Positions 36,201-48,300 of a stretch of DNA of 64,000 nt are shown piece by piece. Under the pieces are notes generated by a model, which saw nothing but the letters and a program-made list of their open reading frames with translations, had not been told where the DNA came from and ran no database searches. This DNA is from Amoebophrya sp. A120 (lineage: Eukaryota; Protista; Dinoflagellata): NCBI GenBank assembly GCA_905178155.1, contig CAJINV010000011.1:2251331-2315330 (forward strand). Reading direction: 5' to 3'. A program made the translations under genes and the position numbers. Each line of letters begins with the position of its first letter. Positions within the stretch are counted from its first letter, which is position 1.

Positions 36201-39200
36201 GGTCTGGGAGAATGCAACTTGTGATGCTGCATTTGGATTCCAAACAAATTTGCATTGCATGAGCAGCAAAGGGAACGCAATTTTTGCTACGCGAATAGGG
36301 CACTTGTTATGCGAAATAGGCATCAAGAACCCCTCGAAAAATCTGTGATGATACGGCATGCATCACAGACATCATGGCTCATGCAAAACGTGCATGACAA
36401 GTCTCAGAATCTCCCAGACCCAGACATTTTTGCATTTGATACGGCGGTGGACGCTGCCAACGCGGTGAGCCCGACGGATTTCAAGGCGGTATCCGGTTCG
36501 CCTAACAGCTTCACCTCGAATTCCATGACCGCCGACCAATACGCACAGCAACTCGCGTTCCTCGAGGACGCGTGCCGGAAAGCGATAAAGACGGTGTTCT
36601 TCAACAATAGCGGGAATTGTAAATCAAGTGCAACAGCTTTGTCTACTGCTGCGAACGGGTCCTCGGCATCGCAATCGCAAATGCAACCGGCCACTGGAAG
36701 TAGCCCTTCCTCCTCCTCATCCACGTCGGAGTTCCCGCGGCGCGCCGCCCTGCACTTCCTTTGCTCCGCCTTCACGAAGCTGCCGGTGAAACTCGAGAAC
36801 GTGCTGGGCCAGAGCCAGGACAAAGCGGTGTTCGACCAAATGCCACAGCTTTTGCAGTCCCCGGACCGGGGGCTTCGCGCGCTCACGCTGTTCTTCCTCC
36901 GGACCATCATCGACGTGAGGTGCACCTCCGCGGAAACTGCGAAGCGAATGCAGGCACAGCTGATGCAAAGGAATTTCTGGGTGCAGGTGGTCGACAGTTG
37001 GATGGTGGGAACGACGTCCAGAAGTTCAAGTTCCTCTTCCAGTTCGGATACGAAAAAGGGGACGAACAAGCGAGCAATTCTCTCCGACACAACCCCCGTG
37101 GTCGCAGACCTTACGACGCCGAAGATGAACAACGCAAATAGTTCACTTGTTTTCGCAGATTTGTCCGGAACTACGGTTTTCGCTTCCTCCTCAACCTCCA
37201 AACGGGGAAATGAGCATCAGAATTATCCAGATCTTAGTACTAACACGCCACTGTCCGACCGCATTGCGTACGACAGCGCGAAGATCTGCGGCGAGGCGGT
37301 GCAGCTCATTTCCGTGGTCTGTGGGTTCTGGGACGCGCAGATTCTCCGCTACATCTGCGTCAGTACGCATTTCCTGTCGCAATGGCGGAGTGTTCTTGAG
37401 AACCTCGTTACCCGGCTCCGCGATCGCGTTGAGCCCCGAGTCCTGGAGCAGCATCTCGTCGCCGTGCAGCGCCTCGCCATCTGTGTCGGCGAGAGGCTGT
37501 CGACGTTGTACAGCGGAGGTTCACCCGGCGGCGGCGCGGGAGCTGCTGCTGCTGCTTCTCCAACTGGTCCGGAATTTTTCGGCGCGGGAGTGAATCAGAC
37601 CGGAAGCAGCGCATTAACGGCGCAACAGAAGGACGACGACGCAATCTTTGAATTTTTTGCGTCCCGTTGCGTCGCGAGTGTCTGTGCGCAGGCGCTCAGC
37701 GAGGAGAAGCCGCTGGCGCTGCGGAGGCGCGCCGCGGAAACGCTGGACGCGGTGGCAAGTTTGAACCCAGTGTCCCCCTGGTCGATCCCGCACGTGGAGG
37801 AGGTGCGACCCTCGACGCAGCATTTGTGCAATTTGTACTTGCAAGCGTGCGTTCCGGACAGCACGCACCTGTCCTCCCTGCACTCCGCATTGATCCATTT
37901 AGCAACTTCACACCCCTCCGCGACGCTGGTGTGTGTGAAGAATGTCAAATTTCTGCCCAAATTGGTGCAGATCATCGAGACGGCGCCACGGGACATCAAG
38001 ATCTCCGCGATTGTGCGGTCCGAACAAAGGGGAATGTCCAGAATACTGGGGGAGCCGGGGGGTAGAATTGGATTTTTTCTGATTGAGAAGAGTTTGCAGA
38101 GCGCTACCAAAAAAATCGGCTTGCATATGTTGATCGTGCAAGACACTGCGCCGTGATTTCCATTACAAAATCAAATAAACCAACATTACAAGACCAAAAA
38201 TCCTGATAAAAAAAACATCAGATGCGACCGACCCCCGGCCCGAAAATAATGCCTCCAAAGTGTGCCTAAACAGCACGGTCGCGAGTCTCAGCACCGCCAC
38301 CGCCGGTGGGCAGGTGGATGGCGAAAGGCTCCAGCGGTTGACCCTCCATCTCCGGCTTTTGACCGCGCTCTGCTCCGTTGACGACATCGGCTTGGACATT
38401 CTAGTCGACAAATCCTCTCCTGGAACTACACAACTCAATGCGCCGGCAATGATGAACGGGGGACAAACAATAAATCCAGGAGCACAGCAAGACACTTCCT
38501 TCCCCCGCGGTCCGCCAGCCATCGCCTGGACAACAGCAGTATGGATTGTAAAAATGTCTGGGTCCTCTGGAAGGTTGGAACTTGTAATGCTAGCTTTCCA
38601 TACCTAGAAAATCTGTATTGCATACCCAACAAAAGTCGCAGCCACTTTTGTCATGCAAGAACGCAGTTTCTCATGCGGATTGCCTATGAGAAAGCGTTTT
38701 TGGAAGTTGCCATGCCGGACTGCATTCGGAAGTGTTTTCATCATGCACATGTTAGCATCACAAGTTTCCAGACTCAGACATTTTTGCATTTCATAAGCAG
38801 CAGCAATGCCCGATCGGTCCGGCGGGTTGACGCCGGGAGGGATGGCGATCAACGACTGGTCCAGCTGTATCGCAAGAAAAAACTGTTTCACTGTGAACTT
38901 GTGATGCAGAAAATGGAACACAGAACTATTTGTCTTGCTACACCTGCAAGACATTGGATTTTCAAGCATGTTTTCCCTTGGGAAGCACGCACGACACATT
39001 TCATAAATGTCATGTGTAACAAACTTGTGATGCAGATCTTGCAAAATCATCACAGTGAAGCAGTTTTTTCGTGGGATAAGCTGTGTCCTCGACGCGTCCA
39101 CCGCGGTGACGCCCGCGCACGGAGGATCATCTTCGCCCTCGAAACAAACGTCCCGAAGAACCGTCGCCGCGTCCACCCTCGGCGCGCACAACACCTCCGC

Positions 39201-40906
39201 GTTCCTCACCTCCGTGTTGCGGGCGGTGTGGCCGCTGGCGGAGGCGCACGACGCGTTTTGCATGGAGGTGTTGGACTTCCTCCGACGGGTTTTGCACGCG
39301 GACGGAGACCGCAACCGGGTGTGTCACCTGCTCGGCCCGCACTCTAACAACATCGTGTTCAACAAAATGCTGCTACCGCACGCCATGCGGGGATGCTGCA
39401 TGGTCTCGAACGCGAGCGGAAGTAAATTGCAGGGCGTGTCGGCAACGGCGTCACAGGTATAAGTACTGATTCTCGACGTGATGTTTTTCTATATGAGTGT
39501 TTGTCGTAGTGAACGAATCTCACACGACGAGGTGCTTCTGAATTACTTATGCTTTACGCATATGTTATGCTGATAGCTGCCATCGTGCTAAAGCTCAATG
39601 AATGAGTCCTGATCTCAGCACCCTGCTTCACCTCCACAGCTTTTCCAGCCCGGGCACTCCTTCGCGGTGGGCGGCAATCACACGACTTTCCACGGTGACC
39701 GGAGTATGGTGGACCATAATAGTTTATCAAATGCAAAAGTGTCTGGGTCTGGAAGGATGCAACTTGTGGTGCTGAATTTGGATTCTAAGTACAAGAATCT
39801 GTATTGCGTGAACAGCAAAAGAGGTCCAGTTTTCGCCACGGCGAGAGGGCATTTATTATGCGGTGTAGGCATCAGGAAGCAAAATCTGTGATGCTAGAGC
39901 ATGCGTCACTGACTTCAGAAGTCATGCAAAGTGTGCATGACAAACCTTGCATCCTTCCAGACTCAGACATTTTTGCATTTAATATGGTTCCACCTACCAC
40001 CGTCTGGACCCGCACAACGACGTGACCATGACCCGGGCCCTCCCGAGTCACCACGCCAGCCGGCTGTACGCGACGGCTTCCGCGAAATCCAGTCCGATTT
40101 CGCCCGTGGTTTTTTGCCGGCTATTGGAGGTGCTCAGCCTTTCCGCCCCGGGCTTGACCACGAACAAGGCGTCGCTGCTGAAATTCGTGTCCTTTCTGAT
40201 CGAATTTGTGAAGCATTGCGAGAAGGGGCGGGTTCTCTCCGAGTGGACGCTGCGTCGCTGTCTCGCGGTGCTCCACTTCATTGCGTCGCTCCACATCTGC
40301 AAGGCCACCGCCGCAATCCTGTCTTCCTGCCAGCAGCGGTCCTCCGCCGCGGCGGACAGCCGCGCGAGCGCCAACGCGGCCGGCGCAGCGACGGGCGTGG
40401 CGACCGGGCCGCCGCAGCTGGATTTCTGGTTCGATCTGGTGGAATCGAAGGAGAAGCTTCGGGCGGCGGCTTTGCGCGTCCTTCTCGCGGTGATGGTGTC
40501 CGGCTACGCAAAATCCTTTTTCTGCAACTCGCCCCGAACCCTGCCGATCTTGGAAAAGTGCATTGCGAGCGGATTGAACTCGATGTTGAATAACGCGCAG
40601 CAAGGTGGCCAGAACGGGTCGAAAATGGACGTCAACATGACGACTTCTTTCAACGTCACCATGAATCGGACGACAACAATGCTGACCGACGCGAACCAAA
40701 ACCCGAACTACCGCCTGTCGCAGCTGCAGAAATCCGCGGTGGTCCACACCGCCTTGCACATGCTCTGGATGCTGTGCTACCAGAACCAGCGAATCCTGCC
40801 GTTGGTGAAGCAAAGCTCTTTGTTCGCACGGCTGGAGGACATCGTGGATGACGTGCAGTCCGTCGACCGACCGGTGGCACAGGAAATCATGCACTTGTTG
40901 GTGTGA
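27251..40906 (+). CDS. RTTN: Rotatin-like (RTTN/Ana3) armadillo-type centriole/basal-body protein, 14 exons, ~2,660 aa
   Basis: N-terminus MTEELVHKLAHNLPEVRDRALRNLASK...LHWIN...AGALQFL and DYPPQVFLTRPHI resemble the rotatin N-terminal domain as I recall it (KLGH..EIRERAL; DFPAEIFLQRP). Exons: 27251-27331, 27469-28384, 28493-28832, 28919-29297, 32676-33438, 33601-33956, 34112-35035, 35226-36179, 36447-38017, 38274-38539, 38801-38867, 39084-39456, 39640-39724, 39990-40906 (sum 7992 nt, divisible by 3). Boundaries near 28.4, 28.9, 38.0-38.3 and 39.6 kb are uncertain. Confidence 0.85.
29330..32522. mobile_element. 3.2-kb non-coding insertion with a 17-19 bp flanking duplication
   Basis: AGCATCTTCGTACTAGT(A/G)C at 29311-29329 and 32523-32541. 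Body is GC/purine-rich, with CACTAGTG repeats (~30293-30490), CACACCCC repeats (~30670-30830) and satellite 3. No recognisable protein. Confidence 0.75.
31041..32260. repeat. Satellite 3: 96-bp tandem repeat (~13 copies) with ~45-nt hairpin
   Basis: Units start at 31041, 31141, 31241, 31337, 31433 ... 32105, 32208. Core CCCTAGGTCA-GCGCGGGGAC-TCG-GTCCCCGCGT-CA-TGACCTAGGG. Confidence 0.97.
36180..36441. mobile_element. Introner, family B
   Basis: TATCAAAGGCAAAAATATCTGGGTCTGGGAG...CTCCCAGACCCAGACATTTTTGCATTTGATA; direct repeat CGGCG. Removing 267 bp keeps frame. Confidence 0.92.
38540..38795. mobile_element. Introner, family B
   Basis: TATGGATTGTAAAAATGTCTGGGT...ACTCAGACATTTTTGCATTTCATA; direct repeat AGCAG. 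Removing 261 bp keeps frame. Confidence 0.9.
38868..39078. mobile_element. Introner, family C
   Basis: TATCGCAAGAAAAAACTGTTTCACTGTGA...TCACAGTGAAGCAGTTTTTTCGTGGGATA; direct repeat AGCTG. Removing 216 bp keeps frame. Confidence 0.9.
39725..39984. mobile_element. Introner, family B
   Basis: TATCAAATGCAAAAGTGTCTGGGTCTGGAAGGATGCAA...TTGCATCCTTCCAGACTCAGACATTTTTGCATTTAATA; imperfect direct repeat TAGTT/TGGTT. Removing 265 bp joins the frames. Confidence 0.88.
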
Positions 40907-42157
40907 TAGAAGTACTGTACTTGCTTTATCGTGTGGAGTAAAAAACCGTCGCGGTAGGAGATTTTGCAAGAGGCTTGTGAATAAGGGCCGCTTAGCGCAG
41001 GGGAGTTTTTTGTACAGTAGACGATAGAGAAATTTCTATTTCACGCCTAGGAAAGTTATAAGTACGTTTTTTTTCATTTCTTTTGCTTACTTTGCCAGAA
41101 AATCTGTGCTTACTTTCCTGTACAGACAAGAAACACATCGCTTGCGCTCTGGTGGTACAGGGCTTAGCGTTGTCGTTTTTATTTAAGTAGCGCCAGACCA
41201 AAAAATGGCGTGTCTACGTACGCCGCGTTAGCGTTACACAAACAAACAAACTTTTGCACGGATTGCGCGATTCCATGCAAACAAACAAACATTTATCTGA
41301 TCAGATCGATCTTCATTGTTGGCTGTAAATGCAATTGGAATTTTGGGCTTTTTTAGGTCCGGTCGTTCCAGCAAAGCTAATTATGTCCTATGATTATCTT
41401 AAGAGGAGCTGCGGGTAGCTCCGGTGACAGAACTTGTACGTAGAAGATTTTTGCTTTTCCATTGTGTGGGGAAAAATTCGACACAGTAGGTGCACCAGAT
41501 GCTACATGTCGAGAAGTAGAAAGTTGAAAACGCAGAAAAACGCTTGTGTCCACATTAAAAAGAAGTGACAGAAAATAAAGCAAGCACCTCCACGCGCACG
41601 GGAGGATCGTTAATTCGTCGGGGCATCGGCACCTGGATGTGCATGGCGTTTTTCGAAGAAAATATAGATGTTTCAATGTTCTTATCGGTGAAAGAGTAGG
41701 CTTCGTTCCTATAATCGTCATATGAAGCGCTGTCGTACCCGCTCGTTTGAAGGGCAATGATATATTGGGGAAGAAACATACGCTGGGCGTATGATCGTAT
41801 CTATTTGTGATGTCTGTGTTTGCAGTCCATGGCACGAGAAACAAGCACAACGGGTCGTGACTCGTGAGTCAGAGGGCTACAGAAGTCGTAGTGCGTCGTC
41901 GTAGTGCGTCGTCGTAGCACAAGCTCAAAAGACACACCGAAGCACGTACACAATAACATAATTTTTCCGCACGAAATTTGAATTTCTTCGTTAAAGTCGT
42001 TTTCTTACCAGCTCTGAGTTTCACTCTTTTTCTTTCGTATCATGCCTCCTTATCTCCATTGTGTTTTCCGATATTATTGCAAAACTGATACAACACAGAG
42101 TTTTTTTTATCGTTGCGTTCCTTCGTGTTGAAAACGAAGAACGGAAAGGCCCAGAAA

Positions 42158-42992
42158 ATGATCCGCGGCATCTCGTCCAAGATGATCCCGGCTTTGTTGT
42201 CGGGTGCAGCCCTCGCCTTCGGCGAGATGCACACCCCCGCAGCGCCGGTCGAGAAAGAAGACGCGGGCTCGGTCGAGAATTAAGTACCCCGTCCCGCGTT
42301 CCTTCACGCAGAAGAAGCAGGTCCTCGCCGCCGCTCAGGATGCGGCAGACGAGCGTGCGTTATTTTCGGCAAACGTGACGCTTGCGTTGCAGGTGGTGAA
42401 TGATCCGCAGACCCCGGTCGCCAGCGTGCTGGAAATCTTCAAACAGGCGCAGCAGACGTTGCTTTTGCGGTTGGGTGCGGATGCCGACAACAGCGGCGCG
42501 GTCTCGGACCAGGAGAGTGACGAGTTTTGCGCTGCGACTTGCGACGCCGAGTTGCCCTCGCGTTCCGGCGACAAATCGTTCGCACAAGTCGTGGAGGCCG
42601 GAGGTGAGGCGGTGGACGAGAAACACTTGGGCGATTTGACGGGGTTGGAGGAACAGTCGAGTTTTCTGGAGCCGAGGTTTTTGTCGGGTTTGAGGAATCT
42701 TTGTCGTTGCATGACAGGACTGCGTACACCCGCGAGGGGCCCGCTCTACTTGGACGCTGATGGAGAGGTAGTGACGCGTCAGCAAGGCACGGGTGATGGT
42801 GATGATGATGAAGAAGCGACTTCCGCCGGTGCACAACTATCACCGAGAAGCGGCGCAAGCTCTAGCGATTCAGCGTACTCGGGCGGTTTTCCATTTCCGC
42901 CGTACCAAACGCCGAAGGTTCATCCGGGAAAAGAGTCGGCCCCAACGCCGAAGTTTTCCGCGTCCGCCGGCCGCAACACCGTGTCTCTTTAG
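42158..42992 (+). pseudogene. Hypothetical, possibly secreted protein with an apparent frameshift
   Basis: ATG 42158 gives MIRGISSKMIPALLSGAALAFG.. and stops at 42281. The protein-like frame continues in ORF 42204-42992. Could be a sequencing error. Confidence 0.35.
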
Positions 42993-43526
42993 TCCAGAAA
43001 CTACATCAACACGGGCTAGTACGAAGAATCGGAGGGGGAGATGGGTTTTCTCGCTGAATACACGTCGCTTGTACAGAGCAAGAAGCTGATTTTTTCAATC
43101 GACTGTGCAATAGTGGAAAGATATACATAGGTACAAGTCGTCTGTGCCCGAGTTGTAAAGGCATTCAGACATCCTAGATCTGTGTCGTTCCACGGTGTTT
43201 TCGTTTCTACCCGTACTTGTACTTCACATTTAGCGTGAATACGCTGGAGGAGCGTCGGCACCTGGAGGTGCGTGATGGTGTTCATAACCCAGTGGAGACA
43301 CTCATGCTTGTTCCGAAAGATGAAAATAACAATAAGGCCAGCTTCTGCTCAAAAAAGTTTGTCATCGAGAAGTTGCTGTCGGCGTCGGAGCGTCGTGCGG
43401 AATCAAGTTGTGTCTTACTCATTCTTGTCAGCGGTAAAAGTTTTAGCAAGTGAAGAAGGCAAAAATCACTATCTATCAGCCGGCCTTCGAACCCGTAACT
43501 GCGTTGCAAAAAAATAAAGTTACTGC

Positions 43527-44721
43527 TGCTACAACTCACTGTCACTCCAGCATCTCTGTTGGAAGCCTTTCCATCCGTGTAAGAAAGAAAGGATTAGGTG
43601 GAGCTATGTTGAAGAATGAGTTTACGATTACCTTTACGAGTTTGCCGTGCTCACGGGCTAGCTTTGGCAATATGAATATGCCAGAAAGCATGCGGTGAAG
43701 GTTTGAGGTACAGGTAATAAAGATGAGAGACGCAGTATACGAGATCCTGTCTTTCTACGTAGCCGGTTCAAGTAGAACTTCCCGGAAGATGATCTAGCAC
43801 TGCGCTCGCCCACTTGTTTGCTGTGTGCTTCTTTCCCTTTGACCGTTGCAAGGGGCGGGCCTGCTTTCTCACGAAGTCAAACCACGTTTAAAACAAGATT
43901 GCAGGCCGTGATTCTGGTTGAGTTTTTTATCAAGTACTAGAGTGAGAGCTAGAAGGAGTAACAAGATAAGGTGTGACTGGCCTTTCAGAAATCCGGAACA
44001 GCACTAGGAAGACACAGCGAAGTAAGTATATCTTTCAGTAGTTGATGCATGTAGTTGTGTTTCTGCTTTCAAAAGTAATAAAGTAAACGAGTTGCACGCG
44101 TGCCCATTATCGGCCGTTTGTTAAGCTTAAGTAGTACCCAAAAAATACGAGTTTTTGAATGTCCTCCCTTTCATATTAATCCCATAATTCATGAAACAAC
44201 CTCGAGAATGGACTGCCCCCCTGTAAATCCTGGAGATAAATCCTCCTCCTCTTCTTCCGCGCGCCCTGTGCATCAAAGCGGCCCTCGCTCACCGGCCGGG
44301 AACATGTTGAAAATTCCGTCCCAAGAATCTCGTGAAGACAAAAACCAACTCGGATCTTCACCCCTACCACCGGTCCCGAACGATGGAGGACAGCAGGTCG
44401 CTGAAGACCTTGACCACGTCCCTGACCAACAGGACGTCGAGGACCACCTCCAAGCTGGTCTATCAAGCAATGCTGATCAAGAACATGCGAATAATTTTGG
44501 AAGTTCGACCGTCGGCCTGCTCATGGAGTACGTTCAGGGAGCTGGTGCTGCGGAAGATCCAAACGCGGACGACGCGGACGCTTCCCACGCCCAAACCCCG
44601 TTCGTGAGCACCCAGCAACTGGAAAAGCAGCATGAGAAAGACAAGCGGGCGCTGGAGAGACTGGAGAAAATTAAGGAGCAATTGGAGAAAAGAACGGAGA
44701 AAGACAAGAAAAAACTGGAGG
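43527..44721 (+). pseudogene. Truncated tandem duplicate of the upstream region and 5' end of the giant gene (ORF from ATG 44208)
   Basis: Colinear with 44722-46192 (MDCPPVNPGDK.. vs MDHPPVVPGNK..). Homology ends at KKLEG, which is fused to the start of the second copy. Confidence 0.8.
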
Positions 44722-45396
44722 GCTACAACTTCTCATTCCGGCCGCTACTCTGTTGCTGTTGGAAGTCTTTCCATCCGTGGAATAAAGAAAGGAGCTATGA
44801 TGAGGTAACGTCTACGAGTTTGGCGCGCTTACATGCTTTGGCGATCTGCTAGAAAGCATGCGCTTAAGATTTTAGGCACAGGTGTATCAAGATGAGAGAC
44901 GGAGTACTTAAGTATACGAGATCCTGTCTTTCTACGTAGCCGCTTCATGATGTACAACTTCGCGGAAGATGATCTAGCACTGCGCTCGCCCACTTGTTTG
45001 CTGTTTGCTGCTTGCCGTTGAACCGTTGCAGGCGAGCCTGCTTTCTCACGAAGTCAAACCACGTAGAAAATAAGCATATTGCAGTCCGTGATGGAAAGGT
45101 AGCAGTCTGGTTAAGTTTTTTATCACTTGCTACAGTGAGAGCTAGAAGGACTGACAAGACACGGACTTGATTGGCCTTTCAGAAATCTGGAACAGCTCTA
45201 GGAAGACGCAGTGAAGTAAGTATATCTGTCAGTAGTTGATATAGTTGATGTGTTTCTGCTTTCAAAAGTTTGCCTATAATTATCGGTTGTTAGTGAAGCT
45301 TAAGGAGTACCCAAAAATTTAAAGTGCGAGTTTTGAATGTATGTGATCCCCTTGACATTAGCCCCATAATTGATTGAAACAAGTTGAAGCTTCAAA

Positions 45397-48300
45397 ATGG
45401 ACCACCCCCCTGTAGTTCCTGGAAATAAATCCTCCTCTTCCTGTTCCGCGCGCCTTGCGCGTCCAAGCGGCTCTCACTCACCAGAAGGGAACAAAATGAC
45501 AACTCCGTCCCAAGAATCTCGCGAAGACGAAAACCAACTCGGATCTTCACCCTTACCGCCGGTCCTGAACGATGGAGGGCAGCAGGCCGCTGACCTTGAC
45601 CACATCACCCCTGCACACCAAGACGTCGAGGACCACCTCCAAGCTGGTCTATCAGGCCATGCTGATCAAGAACATGCGAATAATTTTGGAAGTTCCACCG
45701 TCGGCCTGCTCATGGAGTACGTTCAGGGAGCTGCTGGTGCGGTATGACGGTGCACAACTCCCCCTCCCCCGCATTTGTCATGCAAAATACCCAATCCATA
45801 TCCACCCTTTGCCTCTTGGCACGACTGTTTGCATGTCAAGTTCTGGTAGCCCAAATAGCACTATACTCCAGAACAAATTTGTCATGCAGAACCGGCATTC
45901 TTGCTGATGCGTGTATTGCCGTTCGTGCTATACAAATGAGGGGGACCACGGGGAGTTGCGCACAGTCATATGCGGAAGACCCAAACGCGGACGACGCGGA
46001 CGCTTCCCACGCTCAAACTCCGTTCGTGAGCACCCAGCAACTGGAAAAGCAGCATGAGAAAGACAAGCGGGCGCTGGAGAGACTGGAGAAAATTAAGGAG
46101 CAATTGGAGAAAAGAACGGAGAAAGGCAAGAAAAAACTGGAGAAAAGAACGGAGAACAAAAGAACGGAGAACGACAAGAAAAAACTGGAGGGGCGGAAAC
46201 AGATGAAGTCTTATGTCTTCAACGGTCGTTAGCATACAGAAGGGTGAATTTCCAGTGAATTTGTATTGCGTGGCATGATGCATGAATTAATCTTCAGGTG
46301 CATGCGAAGAACTAGAACACGAGGACAACATACAAGAAGCCAGCGCGCCGCGTTGATGGGCTGCTTGGCTGGTGGCGCTTCCCTCCTGTGGACGCTTGCC
46401 GCTTGTTGCCCAAAGAGGCGCACCTGGTGGACTGCGAAGCAACGCAGGTGGCTTAGGGCGGTCTTACAACACGACGCTGCATGATCCGCAGACTCGATAG
46501 TGGCGGATCGACCGGGACGAGGGCTATGCCTGTAAAGGGGGTCAAAGGTACTAGCTCAACATGTCAAAATAGAGAAGTCGCGTCACGGGTTGTGGCTGCC
46601 TCGGCTTGGATATCAGAAGTGCTCAAAATAGAGAAGTGCTCAAAAATAGAGAAGTGCCTCGGCTTGGATTGTCAAAATAGAGAAGTGCTCAAAAATGTGC
46701 ACAGGTAGGCCCTGGGGGGTGGGGCCGAGGGGAAAAGACAAGCGCCCTCTGTTGCCCTCAGCCCGTCTATATTCTGCCGAAAAGGCCTGGGGAGTTCACG
46801 CGCCTGCCGGGTAGAGGCGTCAAAGCTCTCGGCCTGGTCCTTTCACTCGTTTTTTTGCGCCTTCTTCCCTCATTGCATGTGCTTCGCAGCCTTTCTTTTT
46901 AGCGTCTTTGCCGCGGCTGCTGCAGTGCTCTATGCGAGCACAGGGAGACGAATAGACATGGCCAAAGAACGGCACCCAGGCCATGCCTAGAAGCTGCCCG
47001 CCGCATAATTAAGCCTTGACTTCTGCGGTGTGCAGAACCCACTTCCCAGAAGGGCAAGAGGGATAATGCCCCGGCGGACTCATCTGCAATCTGTCATGCA
47101 AAATTCACTACAAATTCGCCACTTCTCATGCTAACGGGTGTTAAAGCTGTAAATGAAGTCGGAAGATAGACAGCAACTGGAGAAAAGAACGGAGAACGAC
47201 AAGAAAAAACTGGAGGGGCGGAAACAGATGAAGTCGGAAGATCGGGTGGAGCGGCAGGAAGTGGAGCGTGAGGTGGACGTCGTAGAGGATGATGTTGATC
47301 AACGTTCATCTCTAGGGAATAAATTAGCCCCGGAGAACATCAACAACAGCAAAAACCCATCTGCCGGAACCTCAAGTGGAGCTCCTGCTGCGGGCGAAAG
47401 TGGACTAAAGGAGCAAGTGAAGGTTTCTTGTCGTCCGAACAAAGGTTTGAAGCCCGCGATCGAAAACCAGAAGAGCCTGCTGCTCGACCCCGAGACCAGC
47501 AGGCGCCGAGAAGAGCGGAAAGGGCAGCACGAAGAGAAAAAGAAGGCGCATGAAATGGAACATGAAAAAAAGAAAGCGGAGAAGAAGCAGAAAAAGAAAG
47601 ACAAAAAGCGACAAAATAAAGAAAAATCTGCAGCCGCGGACAAAGTTCTTGAGGAGGGAACAGGAGGAGCATCTTCGGGAATATTAAAGGTTGACAAAGT
47701 TGTAGATGCTGGAAAAGCATCTGTAGAACTTGTTACTCCGTCCTTGTCCTCCTCCTCTTCTAGCGGATCAGCATCATCTTCATCATCCTCGAGACCCGCA
47801 CGACCTGCCGAGACGAGATCTTCCCCCTCTTCTGGCGACAACGCTGGAATAAAAAACAAATCTGCGGAACAAGTTGCTACCGATAAGAAAAACCCTTTCG
47901 ACGCACCATCCAAGAAAGACGACGGGAGCAGGAGTAGCAATGACATCTTGAATATTCCAGGAGAGGCCTACAGCAACCGCCTGCCCGTGCCTGGTGGTGT
48001 TGACGATAAAAATTTGCGTAGAGAACAAGATGAACAAGAGGATGCTTGGAAAGGCCAACAAGCGGTCGAGCAAGATGTGGGAAAAGAAGCTTCACAGCGC
48101 GAACGAAAAGTAAAGACGTCAGACGAAGAATCGCGGAATCATATCAGCAAGACTCCGGAGATGAAGTTGCCGAATCCCGGCCTCGTGAAGGACATCAGTC
48201 GGAGCGTGTTCTCCGCGAATGACAGGAAGCTGCAGGCACTCCTGGGTGATAAAAAAGATACACTCGCTGGAGAGAAGATGAGTCAACCAGTTTTGAAGAA

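Noticed and set aside
38012-38280. TGTGC or CGGTC direct repeats as intron boundaries
   Set aside because: Both joins lead to early stops; GT-AG 38018-38273 preserves the frame.
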